A stretch of 63,108 bases of DNA, the filler included, from Reticulomyxa filosa (lineage: Eukaryota > Protista > Foraminifera), in assembly GCA_000512085.1 (NCBI GenBank). It is 13 parts of 13 records of this genome, joined end to end, with 100 filler letters (N's around TTAATTAATTAA, not from the genome) between each part and the next. Parts side by side here need not be neighbours in the genome. Positions count along the whole stretch, not along the records: positions 24,037 to 30,709 come from ASPP01023938.1; positions 30,810 to 35,548 come from ASPP01012801.1; positions 35,649 to 37,657 come from ASPP01016369.1; positions 37,758 to 53,625 come from ASPP01016300.1; 9 more parts are not named here. One strand, given 5' to 3'. Every line of letters begins with the position of its first letter. The first letter of the stretch is position 1. The position numbers and the translations under genes were made by a program. This document shows, piece after piece, positions 26,931 through 40,689 of this stretch. The notes below the pieces were generated by a model. It was not told the origin of the DNA. It did no database searches and saw only the letters and a program-made list of their open reading frames with translations.

Positions 26931-28139
26931 TTTAAAAACCATTTGCTGGCTTTGTTTTTGAAAAAAAACACTACATCACGGGAAAAACATTGAAGAGATC
27001 AACTCATTTATTCTGCAAAGAATGCCTTTTGATTCTGTGTTTCTTTCGTTTAAGAACAAAAAAAAGCACACCCTCTGACAAATAAGTGATTTCAACTTAA
27101 ATGAATGAAAAGTTCAATTTTGTCCCTTAGCAGCGAAAAGAAAAGGTCTTAAAAAAGCTCAATAAATACATATTACTGCAAAAATGCAGATATTGTTCCA
27201 TTTGTTATACTTATTTTTTTGTGCCCAGAGGATTTTCATAGCTATATTCAGTATCAAAATTGCCTTAAAGTGATCTCCGTACTGTAGCTCTTAGATTCAA
27301 CAACATTTTCTAAACCAATGTTTTAAAACTGAAATTAACTTTTATCGGTCGGTTCTAGTGAAGGCAACGTCGAAACAGTCTAACTGAAAAAGGACGTAGG
27401 CTTTGTACATGGTGCAAAGTTTTCAAGTGAAATAGGACACAAGAACGCATGTCTGCAGCAGTCAGTTAATCTGAAATAGAACGTGTGATTTGTTTTGGTT
27501 GTGTTGTTATTCAAAGCATTTTTGTTATAACGCAACGTACCTGCAAACTGTTTTTTTTTTTGTTGGGTAAACAGATAGCCAGTCCAAAATAAAGGTGCTT
27601 ATAAAAGCACTGGCACAATCCGATGCCAACCAAGAGAGACATCTTGTTTCATGTTGGTGGTCTGTGTTTTATGTTGTTTCGTATTGTACTGGCCCCAATA
27701 CGAACAAAACTAGCAACAAATTTTGTATTGTATTGCAAAATAAAAATAAAAATAGTGTTTCGCAAAGATGTGATTTGTCAGACGAAATTGTGGTTTTATT
27801 AAAAACTAATCAATTCTATGTACTTGAAAAAAAATAACTATGTTAACACACAACACTTGAGCCAGGATATCATAATACAATACACATGCAGTGCCAACCA
27901 AAAAAAAAAAAATGAGTACGTATATTTCGCACGCAAAAAAAAAACGTGTATATGAAACTTCAATGACTCAAATTGAATTTGTCTAAAAAAAGACAAAGTA
28001 GTTTGAAAAAAATTCAGCGTGCCAAAAAAAAAAAAAAAAAATAAAAGCAAAGACAAAAGCCGATATATAAATGAAAAAAATAAAAATAAAAAAAGGAACA
28101 AGTGATAAAAAAAAGCACGGCAAAAGAACTCGAATCCAA

Positions 28140-30709
28140 AATGGAATTGGATAGCCAAAATTTCAAATGTTGAATCAAGTGACCCAGCGATGGCAGCACA
28201 GTATGGAAGTACTCTGCAAGTTCAAAAGAAAAAAACAAAAGACTTGTTTGGTAGGAGCAAATAAAACATTTGCTAAATAAATGATAGGCCTACGGAGAGC
28301 TATTTGGGATTATTTATAATAATCCACATTTGTTAGCGAGGTTATGTTTTAATCCCCACTACACACATATGGATCGATTAGTCAGCTTACTGAATCATGG
28401 TATCTTTGCCAACCCTTTTGATACAATGCAGGATCATGTTTTGATTCAAATTATCCAAGTTACGTGTGAGCTCCTTCCCCCCCCTCTCCTTCATGTATAA
28501 GGTGCATACATCGATAAACAAAGTGTGGATAAGGAACTTCGGAATTGAATGGAAAATCAGGAAGTGATGAAACACGAGTATGCGCACTGCGTGGACATAA
28601 CAACATACCTGCGTGAGAACACAACGGCCACAAAGCTGTTGCAAGCGTATTCCAAGCGTCATTTGATCAACGAATTTATTGACAAAACAGTGAAACAATG
28701 TTGTCAATACTGCCTAACAAATCCAGAGCAAGACTTGGAGATTGACCCTGAAGCTGTATTTTTTTTATTCTTTCCAAAAAAAAAAAAAAAAAAAAAAACT
28801 AGGTTTTGAATATTGTGAAAAGGGAGCTACTACGTCCATGCTTGTGTGGATGTAACAAAGGTATGGGAAGGTATGCTGATCCAAGTAGAGAACTCGGAAG
28901 AGGTAAACATCAAAGATCCAAATGATCCGAAGATTCAACAGCTGTGTGCAGAGAGACGAGAACGTCTATGCGACTTCATCCGACACATAACATTGCAGAT
29001 CACAAACGCAGAGAGCTATCCCACAGGCTTGCGTCTGTTGTGTAGCTATTTGGTAGAATTGGCGAACAGCAAAACGCACGAACAGGGCAATGACAAAATT
29101 GCCAACTCGTTGATTGGCGGCTTTTTGTTTTTGAGGATCTTTAATCCGCGAATCCAATTATACGGACACGAGCAATCGCGACTGAACCCAAAGCATGCCA
29201 AGCTGATTCGTCGGAGGTTTACGCTGATCGCCAAGATCTTACAGAACATCAGCAATCAGACTATGGGAGGCATCAAAGAGCCATTCATGGCATCGCTCAA
29301 CGATCTGATCGCCGAGGAGATTGCCAGAGTCCAGCTCTTCTTCACTGAGCTTTGCAATGTCCCCTCGCTACCTTATTATCTGGACGTCGATCGTAAGATA
29401 CGTGCCAAGTCGCCGCGCGACGACTTTGTGTATCTATCGCTCAGCGATTTGCTGTTTTCAAGAAAATTCTGTGGACGGACTACAAAGCCGCAAAGACAAG
29501 TGATAACAAACACAATTCGGGTATCGTCGAAACGCAGTACCACGATCTTATTCGACGTGTTCACGAAAGCGACGCGTTGTTTGTGATGTATGATAGCAAA
29601 GAGGAGAACAAAGGAGACGACGAGGAAGAGGACGAAGACGAGGACGTGGATGACAATGACAACAACAACAACAATGGCAAGGAGGATGAAAAGAATCATA
29701 AGAATGATGACGACGAGAAAAAGAGTAATGATAAAGACAAAGACAAAGATAAAGATAAAGATAAAGATAGGAGTGAAAAAAAGAAAAAAGCGCAATCACA
29801 GAAAAGTGGAGCGAGTTATTCACGTTATGTGAAGATTAATATTTTAATGAATAGCAGTGGCAATGGTAACAACAATAACAATGGCAACAACAATGACAAT
29901 GGCAATAATAACAACCATGACAACAATAGTAACAACAATATAAACAACAATAAGAAAGAAATGGAGGAAAACACCGAAATAACTGTAAAAGTAATACCGA
30001 TATTGGAACAATTGGGACGCAACGAGACATTTGTGCAATTGATGGAAACATATCTCACTGGCAACGACGACAAAGCGGAACTGTTGGAATGGCTAAACGC
30101 CACAAAGGAACACAACACAACCACCACCTACGGCCTTGTGGAGGCCTGCATGGTGATTCGTGCCATGGACACGGTCCATTCCTTGATTCGCGTATTGGAA
30201 ATAGAGGTGTTTCAAAGCAAAGAGAAGGCAATGCTCTTCCAACAATTGAAAATCGAAATTGGCAATATGCGAGATGCCATCAAATGGAAACAGCAAGAAC
30301 AAATCGAATTGGAACAACAATTGCAAGACATTGTCCAAGCAAAGCAAATCGAATTTCAAAATGAACAAATGCAACAACAGCAATACTCGAAAAATCTCTT
30401 TGGACGACTGTTCCTTGATCCCAACAGAAACGACACTGATCTCGACAATCGAGGACAACGCAAATCCAAAGTGCAAGAACAGATACAGCCAAGTGTGGAG
30501 GCAATTGTCAATGTGCAAAGCAACATGCAAGTTGGACAAACTGAAATTGTTAGTAGCGAAGGTATACTTGGAAACATGCTACTTACATTGGTTGGCGAAG
30601 TAGGCAAAGATATGAATCGCTTGTTGGCACTCCATCTCAAATCATTATCCAGAAATCTTCCTGTTCTCTCTAACTCTTCTTCCAATGCTCCTTCTTCTTC
30701 TTCTTCTTC
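28140..30709 (+). CDS. IQGAP-related RasGAP-domain protein with a coiled-coil tail, 3'-truncated (further 5' exons possibly from ~27450)
   Basis: YGELFGIIYNNPHLLARL, arginine finger YLRENT, DLEIDP, YPTGLRLLC, GGFLFLRIFNP, LIAKILQNISN and KEPFM..LND. Confidence 0.85.
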
Positions 30710-31867
30710 NNNNNNNNNNNNNNNNNNNNNNNNNNNNNNNNNNNNNNNNNNNNTTAATTAATTAANNNNNNNNNNNNNNNNNNNNNNNNNNNNNNNNNNN
30801 NNNNNNNNNAAAATTATAAACAATTTTTGTTTTGTTTCTAATGTTGGGTCATACTTCGTCTTCATTTCACAATTTGAAAAAATTCAAATATAACAATTTT
30901 TTTGCTGATTTCAGTTACACGTGGGATGAAAGAACAGCTCTTGTACGTTTTGGTTCACAAAATCAAAGTTGCTTGGTTTTGATGCACAACTTTCAAATAC
31001 GGTTTAATATTTGGCCACTTTTAAAGCTATTTTTATCGAGGTCAACTTAAGACAAAAATGCCGGGATATTATCTCCAACAAAAAGTATTTACAACATTGG
31101 ACCCAACAATGACACTCTTTGTGCGCATAATCCTCAATGTGCATAGTTAGATACCTTTCAAATATAATCCGGCATAGTTGTTTGACGCTGTGTCTCTTCA
31201 GCACTGAAAAAGTTGTGAATATTGAGCTACAGATTAATGGAGTGGACAGCATCATCTACCCAAACACATCATTTTTTTTATTTCATATTGACACTTTTGT
31301 AGAGCGAATCCTAAGCCGGGAGTAGCGTCCAGGAATCTTAAAACCCCTTTCATACAAAACTTTTTATACTTTTTATGTGCTCTTAATGTTTTATTTTTTT
31401 TTTGTTTTTTGCTAAATTACGCCCAGGACAATGTTTCGTATTACAAGCATATTCTAAACCAAGAAGTTTTTAGATCAAAACGATAAACAAGCAAAAGAGT
31501 TATCAAATCAATATTCGACGTTTGTGGCAAACGTTTTTTTTAACATATTTCTTAATTTGTAACTCGGCTTAAAAATATATGAACGAAAAATTGCATCATA
31601 TGTTAAGAAGCACAACTAAATACTTAACAAAACGTCAAGCTTTTTGAAGTAGGTCGAGAGATTTATATGTGCTTATCACTTGTTGAAGTTGATGGTTGTG
31701 ATGACAAACTAAAAACCTTTTTTAACGCACAACACAGAAAGTTGCAGCCATAAAATCTCATTTAATTTCATACACGCTAATATGGTATGGATATAGTGGT
31801 GGCAAAAATGGAGACTTTAACCGAAGCCGTAAAAAAAAATCTTGGTGGATAATTATTTTGTAGGAAC

Positions 31868-34800
31868 ATGGGCGGCAATGAAAGCACTTTGAATATATTA
31901 ACTTATGAAGAGGCAGTATCTCGATGGGATGAAAAATCCTTGGATCGTGTCTTGCGTAGTTTTGAAGCATTTCAGTCGTCAGTGGTTCCAAATGAACTAA
32001 ATAAATCGACATTTGAGCAATACTTGTTTCCATTTATACCCAAGCAGCTAACAGACAGAATGTTTTACGTATTCCAACACTTGAGTGAGGCAAGAGCTAA
32101 CCGAGTAGAGCATCCCCAGCCAAGGCCAAATTCATTAATGTCGATGTTTTCATCAGCACCACTTTCTTCACATATCGGAACACTTCCAGTGACTCCTAAC
32201 ACAAATAGTTTTGCCAATCTAGACAAGAGCGGTGTAAATAGTAATGCGAAAGGGAACAAGCCCCAGGTCAGTGCAAGTGGTAACCCAACAAAAATATTTG
32301 TCAGGCAGTCGGTGTTGGCAGCGCCATCACTTACATATTTTTATCTCAACAAAGAGCAATTTGTGATTGGAATGACCATTTTATTGAAAGGAACAATTGT
32401 CGAAAAAGCCACATGTATGTGTGGGTCCCCCCTTTTTTTTTTTTTTTTTGATGAATTATATAATGAGACCCAAAAGTGAGAGCATTATTATATGTATGTA
32501 TGTGTGTGTGTATGCACTATAAGTCATTTGGTACATGTTCGACACCGAGACACGTGGCTATATGCACTTTGATCAAGCGAAAGAAATATTGTTGATCTTC
32601 CGCGATCTACAGACCTCATTTGATCGGAGATCCCCGCATTCTCTGCTTCACGAACTGTTCTCATTTGATTGCGATAAGTTTAATTCCGAAAGGGAGACAT
32701 CACAAGTTGTGATTGACATCTCCAAGCGTCCCGCAGTTGCAACGACCGCTGTCACTGCCACTGCAACTGCAACTGCAACTGCAACTGCAACTGCAACTGC
32801 AACTGCAATCATCCCGCCAAGTCACTCCACTACGAACATTCATGAGCAGTTTACTTTCGTATGTCTGTGTCATTTTCATTACAAATAGAAAAAGGATCTA
32901 TTTTTACTTATTTTTTTTTTTTTTTTAAATCAACAAAAGAACACAAGAGTTGAAAGAAGAACATGACATCAATGATAACGGGGACAATGATAATGATGAT
33001 GATGATGATAATGATGATGATGATGATGATGGTGATGATGGTGATGATGGTGATGATGGTGATGAAAATGATAACGAAGATAAAGATGACGAAGCAGAAG
33101 ACGATGAGAACGAGGAAGAATTAGAACAAGATGAGAGCTTCGATGTGGTAAAGGAAAATAGTCTTAAGACTGTAAATGAGGAGCTCGAAGAAGCAGAAGA
33201 AGAAAAAGGAAATAATAAAGACAAAGAAGAAGAAGGAGGAAAAAGGCAAAGTGAAAGAAGAGAAAAGAGAAAGGAGAGTGAGTGCAATAGTGAGAGATAG
33301 TAGTATCAATCGCTTGTTCGATCAAGAGCATCAACAAGGAAAAGTGCTGAGTTCGATGACATTGTCCCACGGCTTGATACAGGGGACAGGCAGCGGCGGA
33401 GGTAGAGGTGATGATAATGATGATAAAGAAGACGAAGTGGTCGAAGACATGGAAGACGTCTTCGAAGACGAGGACATTGATGACGATGAAATGGAGGAAA
33501 GAGGAGAGGCTGGGGAGAGGGAGGTCATGAAGCAGAAAAAGAAATATTGGAATCAATTTTCTGATCGCAGCATTGGGGCCGAGTATTTGTTGCCTATTTT
33601 ACCGTCGGTGCACGACAGTATCACGTTCCATCAGTTTCTCAGTTGGTGTGAATTCTATGAGTGGAAGCACATGTCCTCCAAAAATGGATTGCTGTCGTGG
33701 CTTGTCTATGATTTGGCTCATTTGTTCGATCGATCCAAACTAAAGTCCAAATCCAAATCCAAATCCAAATCTAAATCCAAATCCAAACCCAAATCCAAAT
33801 CCAAACCCAAGTCCAAATCCAAACCCAAACCCAAATCCAAATCCAATTCCAATTTTAACTTCAATTCCAATGCCAAAACTAGACCCAAAGCAAAATCCAA
33901 ATCCAAATCCAAATCCAAAACCAAAACCAAATCAAAGTCGAAATTGAAATCCAAAGTAAAATCCAAACAACTTTCCAAAACATGGACAAACAGTATCAAT
34001 TATCTGTGGAGCAAAGACGTCCTTTACTTCAAAGAACGACTCAACTTTTTTTTCCGTCCATATAGCCAAGCCGGCTCCAATGAAGATGTCAGCATTTTCC
34101 ATCCAAGCCACTATCGCCAACGCAAAGTCTCCACGTCGAGTGCTGAGGTCGTCGCTGAAATGAGAAGGGAGTCGTGGGCTATCATTGGCCATCACACCAT
34201 TAGCAAAGATCATATTGTCGTCAATCTGTGTGGGGACATTTTTCAATACTCTGTTGCAACCAATTGTTTTGTTTATTTATTTAACTTTTTCTTTATTATT
34301 ATTATTATTATTATTATTTCCATTTATCTAATGTGCATGTTTTTGTAGTTAACATTTGGGATGTGTCAAGATTACTCCACGGTTGGTACAACAATTTGTC
34401 CATCTGTCAATTCAACAATGGAGAATACCTCACGTATGCACAGTTCGAGTACATCTTTGAAGAGTTTTGGAATGAAGATGATCTTAGACCATTCACCAAG
34501 AAAATGCTTTTCTCTGTTTCGTTTTTCTTTCTTTCTTTCTTTTTTAGTTGTATGAAATGTGGCTACAAATACTGGTTTGTCCCATTTCACATTTGTCTTC
34601 TCCTTGCGTTTATAGTATACATACTACTGTTTCATCCATCAACTTATTGAATTTTTTTTAATTCAAAACAAAACAAAAAAAAAACAAGGGATTGGATGGG
34701 AACAGAAATCAAAGAATTGAATTTAAAGATTTCATTTACGCTTTGGCTGTGATATTCGGTCGAACTGAACGAGCAATTGATCGCATTCATCGTTTCGCTT

Positions 34801-35517
34801 TTTTTTTTTTTTTTTTTAAATATGATAGGGCTATTCGCTCAAAGCTCAAGTATACAAAACAAAACAAAACAAAACAAAAACATTGATAGTGTTATTTAAC
34901 GTGTTTGAAAGCAACTTTGACAAATTTATGAGCGAAAGCGATCTCTTGGATCTGTTGGATGCTGCACGTACTCTGCTGAAAAACGACTCAACGTTTGTTT
35001 TGGTGGACAATGTAGTCGCCACCAATGCAGACCCGACAATGTTGTCGGGCTTTGCCAAGCAAATAATGGAGACGCACGGGTCCAAGTTGAGTGTCACATT
35101 ATATGTATAGAATTGTGTGTATGTATCAAAATTAACAGCACAAAAATATACACACAAAAAACAACAACGCAACGAAAGAAGTGACAACGGAGAACTAACA
35201 ATGAACGTAAAGCAATTTACAAAGTATGTGCAACAAGTGCACGGCAAGGAAGGTGGTTCACAATGCAAAAAACTGTTGGATTTGCTGTTTGAAGACGTCG
35301 CGCGGTTTGCAATGCTTGTGTTGGGATTGAAGCCTTGCTCATTGCAAAAAGAAAGGGATGTCATTGCCAAACTTTTAATAGATCATTACCAAGTCATTGC
35401 AAGGCTTGAATCTCCTGCCTTTGAGGAGTATGGAGACACTTATAATTTGATCCACAAAGCATGGTGGAATACGTGGGCCACTGCAGCACAACTCGAGTTT
35501 GTTTGTCTTATTATTAT

Positions 35518-35548
<31 letters not shown>
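31868..35548 (+). CDS. USP32: USP32-like deubiquitinase, N-terminal part (myristoylation motif, EF-hands, start of DUSP domain), 3'-truncated
   Basis: MGGNES..LTYEEA resembles the animal USP32 start MGAKES..LSYEEA. EF-hand pairs include LLKGTIVEKA..MFDTETRGY and DGNRNQRIEFKDF. LVLGLKP..E and YNLIHKAWWNTW match the start of the DUSP domain. The catalytic domain is not in this contig. Confidence 0.7.
32757..32807 (+). repeat. (GCAACT)n hexanucleotide microsatellite encoding (TA)n
   Basis: Direct tandem repeat visible in the sequence. Confidence 0.95.
33733..33968 (+). repeat. (AAATCC)n-type degenerate repeat encoding a KS/KP dipeptide tract
   Basis: Direct tandem repeat inside the USP32-like ORF. 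Confidence 0.9.
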
Positions 35549-35650
35549 NNNNNNNNNNNNNNNNNNNNNNNNNNNNNNNNNNNNNNNNNNNNTTAATTAA
35601 TTAANNNNNNNNNNNNNNNNNNNNNNNNNNNNNNNNNNNNNNNNNNNNTT

Positions 35651-35812
35651 CAAGAAATGGACGAACTCAATCCAACATTGCCAAATGGTCCCAGAGATGT
35701 ACGTAACAAAATATCTGGTCAAAATATGATTGGTGGCAATGTAAATCAGTTTGGAGGAATGTTTGGCTCTGAATATGGACAACCCCAACTCAACCCGGTT
35801 GGGCACTATTAA
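35651..35812 (+). CDS. C-terminal fragment of a G/N/Q-rich protein
   Basis: Open frame from the contig start: QEMDELNPTLPNG...GQPQLNPVGHY*. Confidence 0.35.
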   Translation, partial: QEMDELNPTLPNGPRDVRNKISGQNMIGGNVNQFGGMFGSEYGQPQLNPVGHY

Positions 35813-37154
35813 AATTGATCAAAGATATACAATTTATTACCAAAACGAAAAAAAAACAATGATGGTGGTTTTTTTTTTTTTTTTGTTACGGCTCACAAAT
35901 TTAATATTTTTATTTGCGGTGGGAAAAAGGGGGAAAACCTGAGACAAAAGGACAAGGCAAGAAAATACATCTGCACAAAAGAACGCTTCGTGTATATGAG
36001 GAAAAAAAACACACATTTAAGCACTGGGCGGACTTGCCAACATTTAATTGCGTATTCAATATACTTCGATACTGTGACAAACATTAGAAAAAAAAAGAGA
36101 AAACGCTTTGTTTTCTTTCCAACACTTTGCACTGTCTGATGTGAACTTTTTGCTTTGTTCAATTGCAAATTGTGAAATGTGTTGTCTGTCTCTTCAGTAC
36201 AACTTTTTAAGTGACTGAAACATATTGTTGGATTTTTATTTTTATTTTTTATGTTTTTTTTGTTGCTTTCTGTATGCTTGTGCATATTATCATTTTTTTC
36301 TCTTCATTTTCATCAACCAAAAAAAATTTTTTTATTTTGTTATAAAATATAATATATTACCCCAATAATAACGTACTTTTTTGCTATTCACATCTAAATG
36401 AGGTCACATATCAGATCTTTCCTCATTATCAATTGTACATGAAGGTAATGGCAAAATTGATAATTGAGAGTGCTTGCTGAAATAAAAAGATGGGTGCTTT
36501 TGCTTTGAACTGGATCTCAAGGGCATGAATTAAGTCCAGTGAGCGATTATAATGAAAGTTCAGATACACTCTTCTTGAAATTTGGTTTAATCCTAAACAA
36601 ATGTAGTACATGTTGTAGTTTTTACATATTCTTGTACAAAAGGATATTTACTTAATTTCTATGTTTTAACGATTTTCTAAAAATTACTTTCTTACATAGC
36701 ACTTACAAAAAACATCTTTGAAAATCCTTTCTACTGCAAATCTCGTTGTCAACTATTTTTGTTTTGTTCTTCGAAAAAGTTTGTGTGTTTTTTTTTTAGG
36801 GAACTTCATATCCCGCTCCCTTCCCTTTGCTTGCGTGAAGCCTCCAAGAATATTATTTGGCACATTGGAAGCTATCACGTTTAATTTATTGGTTTGACAA
36901 ATATTTTATATTTTGTGTTGATCACGAGCGGATGATAAAGGAGGACAACAAAAAGCGTCCCTTGTTTCCTTTCGCAGAAAATACAAGAAACCACCCCCAG
37001 TTGACAAAGCCAATGTCACCACCGACAACAATGCATGATCAATTGAGGTAGTGTTTAACAAAAAGAGTATTTGAGAGAGCACTGACTTTGTGCATGCAAA
37101 AAAAAAAAAAACGTTAGAAATGACGGGGTCTCCACTTATTCCTATCCTGGTGGC

Positions 37155-37595
37155 ATGTATACCAACGGTGTGGACGGCACAAAGAGACATATCCATCCCT
37201 CTTCGCAAATATTAGAGGAGTACAATATATCATCATCATCATCATCATTATCTTCATCCTCGTCTTCAGTCCCATCTGCTTCGAATGGTTATAATGGCAC
37301 AGCCAATCACGAGAGCACTTACTACAAAAATATGTCACATAGCAAAGGGGATATCCCTGACGACCCATCCTCAGCCTTCAGTTCTACCCAATCGAATCCA
37401 CCTTTACCATCGGACAGAAGTAGTACAATTCGATCGAGCCCGCATTCCAATGCCAACTCAAACACTACTTCTAAAGACAATAGCAAAGCAAAAAAGACAT
37501 TTATCGACAGAAACTCGAAAAGCAACATTTGCTTCAAATTCTTGTTTCGGACACCCCTTTCTCTCGAACAAAGACCCAAGTTGGCCCGGTATTAA
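37155..37595 (+). CDS. Ser-rich N-terminal fragment of a hypothetical protein
   Basis: 146-aa ORF near the contig end, probably continued by splicing. Confidence 0.35.
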   Translation: MYTNGVDGTKRHIHPSSQILEEYNISSSSSSLSSSSSSVPSASNGYNGTANHESTYYKNMSHSKGDIPDDPSSAFSSTQSNPPLPSDRSSTIRSSPHSNANSNTTSKDNSKAKKTFIDRNSKSNICFKFLFRTPLSLEQRPKLARY

Positions 37596-37757
37596 TATTC
37601 TGTCCATTTATATGTTTCACACTCAAACAATGCTACCACCAAAAAAAAAAAAAAAAANNNNNNNNNNNNNNNNNNNNNNNNNNNNNNNNNNNNNNNNNNN
37701 NTTAATTAATTAANNNNNNNNNNNNNNNNNNNNNNNNNNNNNNNNNNNNNNNNNNNN

Positions 37758-39478
37758 AAAAAAAAAAAGGCTGGTGAGTGGTTAAAAAAGTTAGAAGAAC
37801 TCGAAAACAGTTTGCAAGAGAGCAAGTACTTTTTGAATCGCAAAGATGAAAAGCTTAAGAAACAACACGAAGCAATGGAACAAATGAAAGTGGAAACATT
37901 AAAAAAGGACGACGAAATCGAGGCATGGAAGGAAAAATTCCAAGGTTCGCAAAACGAAACAAGGGAATTGGCCCAAAAATTAAAGGTTTCTTTGAATTTA
38001 TGCATTTTTTTGATTATTTAAACAAATAACAAAAAGGATATCGCATTAGAGAAAGAAAGTAACAAACACAATTGGATACAATATGACACAGACGAAAGAC
38101 GAGGAGAATGTGCAATTGCAACAATTATGCCAAACAATGGAAGGCGAATACGAAGAGGAACTAGACATATTAACAGAGGAATTAGACAAACGTACTGAGG
38201 CATTCCAAATCGAAATCCACAAATTGCAAAAGATGTTAGAACAGCGCGAGCACTTGACACAACAGTTGTCATTGCGAGAAGAAAGAATATCTATTTCCAA
38301 AGCAGCGTCAGCCCGTTCGAACCATGGAGTCGATGTCGGCGCTGCTTACAATCAAGTCACAAAACGAAAAACTGGTGTTGGCGTTTTGTCTCTGCTTATG
38401 CCCGAAGCCAAGCCCGTCGTCCCTGCAAACATTGCCAACAGTGTCAACAACACCACGGAAGCCACTAATGCCAATGCACCGACTCAAAATGTTGTCTGTG
38501 TATTTTTTTTTTTTTTGGAGGAAATGGCAACGAGAAAAGGAGACAAAAAGAGACAACGAGAAAAAATATATAATATAAGTACATATATAAATATATATAT
38601 ATAAAGTTTTGGTTTGTCTTTTGATTTGTTTAAAGCAAGAAGAGGTGGCGTCGAAAGAGGAAACACTAATCCAAAGAAGCCTTTATTTGGAGGAAATGAA
38701 CCGAAATCGACGGACTGCACGCGAAGAAATTGCGAAAAATGACACCGAAATTGGAAAAGAAAAAGAGACACCAGTACGAGCACCTTCTAGTCCGTCAGCA
38801 AGAAGTGGAGATGCGTCATTACAAAAGAGATATTCCACTGCTCTCACCATTCGAGACAAAAGACATGCTTTACAAGATGATGCCTTTGAAGGCCGAAAAA
38901 AAGAAACTTTGCGGGAAATTGCTGTTGCTGAAGAAAAATTAAAAGAGGTATTTTTTTTATTCTTGCAATATTAAATCATTAAATTGTATGTAATAAATTA
39001 CGTAACAACAAAAAAAAACAATGATGCTTTTTTTTTTTGTTTGAAATATGGTATGTAACAGCTTCAAAACAATCCCATTCCTGTCCAAGAAAATCAAAAA
39101 TTAGAAGTAATGTTGAATGTTGCAGCAGCGGAGGATAACTTAAGCTACTTGCGTAAAAAATACGCCAAAATTGTCTCCATTGAAAAAAAACGTACTCAAA
39201 GAAAAGAACGAGGTACTGCTAGCCTTTTTGAACCTGATATGCAGGAAAAAGTGAGATCAATGATGGCTACAATTGAACAAGAAGACAACACGTTCTTCAG
39301 TAACGCTGCACATGAAAACCCACCGATCGCTGAACAGCAAAATTCCCCTCCAATCAAAGGAAAAAATGCTTCTCGAGGATCACGAGTTTTCAGTGACTTG
39401 GCAATGGAGGCTGGAAAAGAGTTCGCCAAAATGTACCCACAAATTAAAGAGGAAAACGAAGAAGAAAAAACAACATAG
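37758..39478 (+). CDS. Coiled-coil protein, 5'-truncated, at least 4 exons
   Basis: Successive E/K/Q-rich heptad ORFs separated by AT-rich GT-AG introns. Confidence 0.65.
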
Positions 39479-40689
39479 TTTTTTGTAAAACTTGTAAAAA
39501 TAAAAATATTGATGAAAAATATCTCAACGTGTTAGGTGTTTAGAATTTTATTCTTTTAACAAAAGAATCAATTTGGACTGTTTAATCAATTGTCCAAGTT
39601 TCTTCTGGATTTTCAAAAAACTATTTTAAATCCATCCGATTTTTTCAAGTTGTTTTTTGTGCAACACTGAAAAATTAACACATGTGTTTAGTCCAATAAA
39701 AGAGAAAAATTGTGTAATATTTTGAAAAATCAAGGGAATTTGATTCAATTATCCCAAGGTGATCAGTGCATTTGGAGTTATTGTTTGATACATAGTGTAG
39801 CTTATGATTGCACCAACACCCTTGTCATGGTTTGAAAGCGTGTCCTTTTTATTCCAAGAACTCGGTGTCGTGGATGAAATGCTGGAATTTTGGCAACATT
39901 TCCTTTGCTGCTTGGCATAAAAAATTGTGGAGGAAAATAGCGTGTGCGGTGTCTGGGTTGTTTGTTACAAAAAGAAATTTCTGTGTCATCCTTTGTAGCT
40001 GGACATTTTCTTACCCCATTTTATAGATCCTTGAGCCAGCCACAAAAAACCAATTTGGAGAGAATGATTGACGTGTCATCTCTTAGGTGATCGACTTAGA
40101 AATAAATGTGGGATTCTAAATTAGTTCCGTCCAGCCCAAAGTTTTAACAACAATTTCGAAACACATTTCCAACAAAACAAATGATTCTTTCGGATGAGCA
40201 TCCATTAAAAACGCGCAACTAATAACGCATGGCCCACTTTCCGTCTAAAAGTGTGGTAAAGAGATCAAGAAAAATTACGGAAAAAACGAAAGAATTTAAA
40301 AATTTCAATAGTTGGTGTAGTAAAGCCACAATTCGTAAATGTTGAGACTGATTGGAACGGGTTTGAAAAGAACAAATTGTAAGAAAAAAAAGCACAACTT
40401 CTGTTTGGTCATCAGAAAAACAACCAAAAAAAAAAAAACCAAACACTAAAGAGCAGAATCAACCAAAATTTTAATAACAAGAAAAAAGACCTCCGAAAAA
40501 AAATTTAAAAAAGAAGAAGAAAAAGGAGGAAAAAAAAGATGTCCAAAACAAAAGGTTCAAATTTCGAAGAAATAACAACAGAGCTCACTGAAAGGTCTAA
40601 TAACAAAAAAAAAACAATTTCAACAAAAGCAACGAAAGAAAACAATTAACCTGCAAAATCAACAAAAAATTGAAAGAAAGCTATCGACC

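Noticed and set aside
29376-34246. Many antisense ORFs overlapping the RasGAP and USP32-like genes
   Set aside because: They are shadow frames of trinucleotide and hexanucleotide repeats with no independent coding signal.
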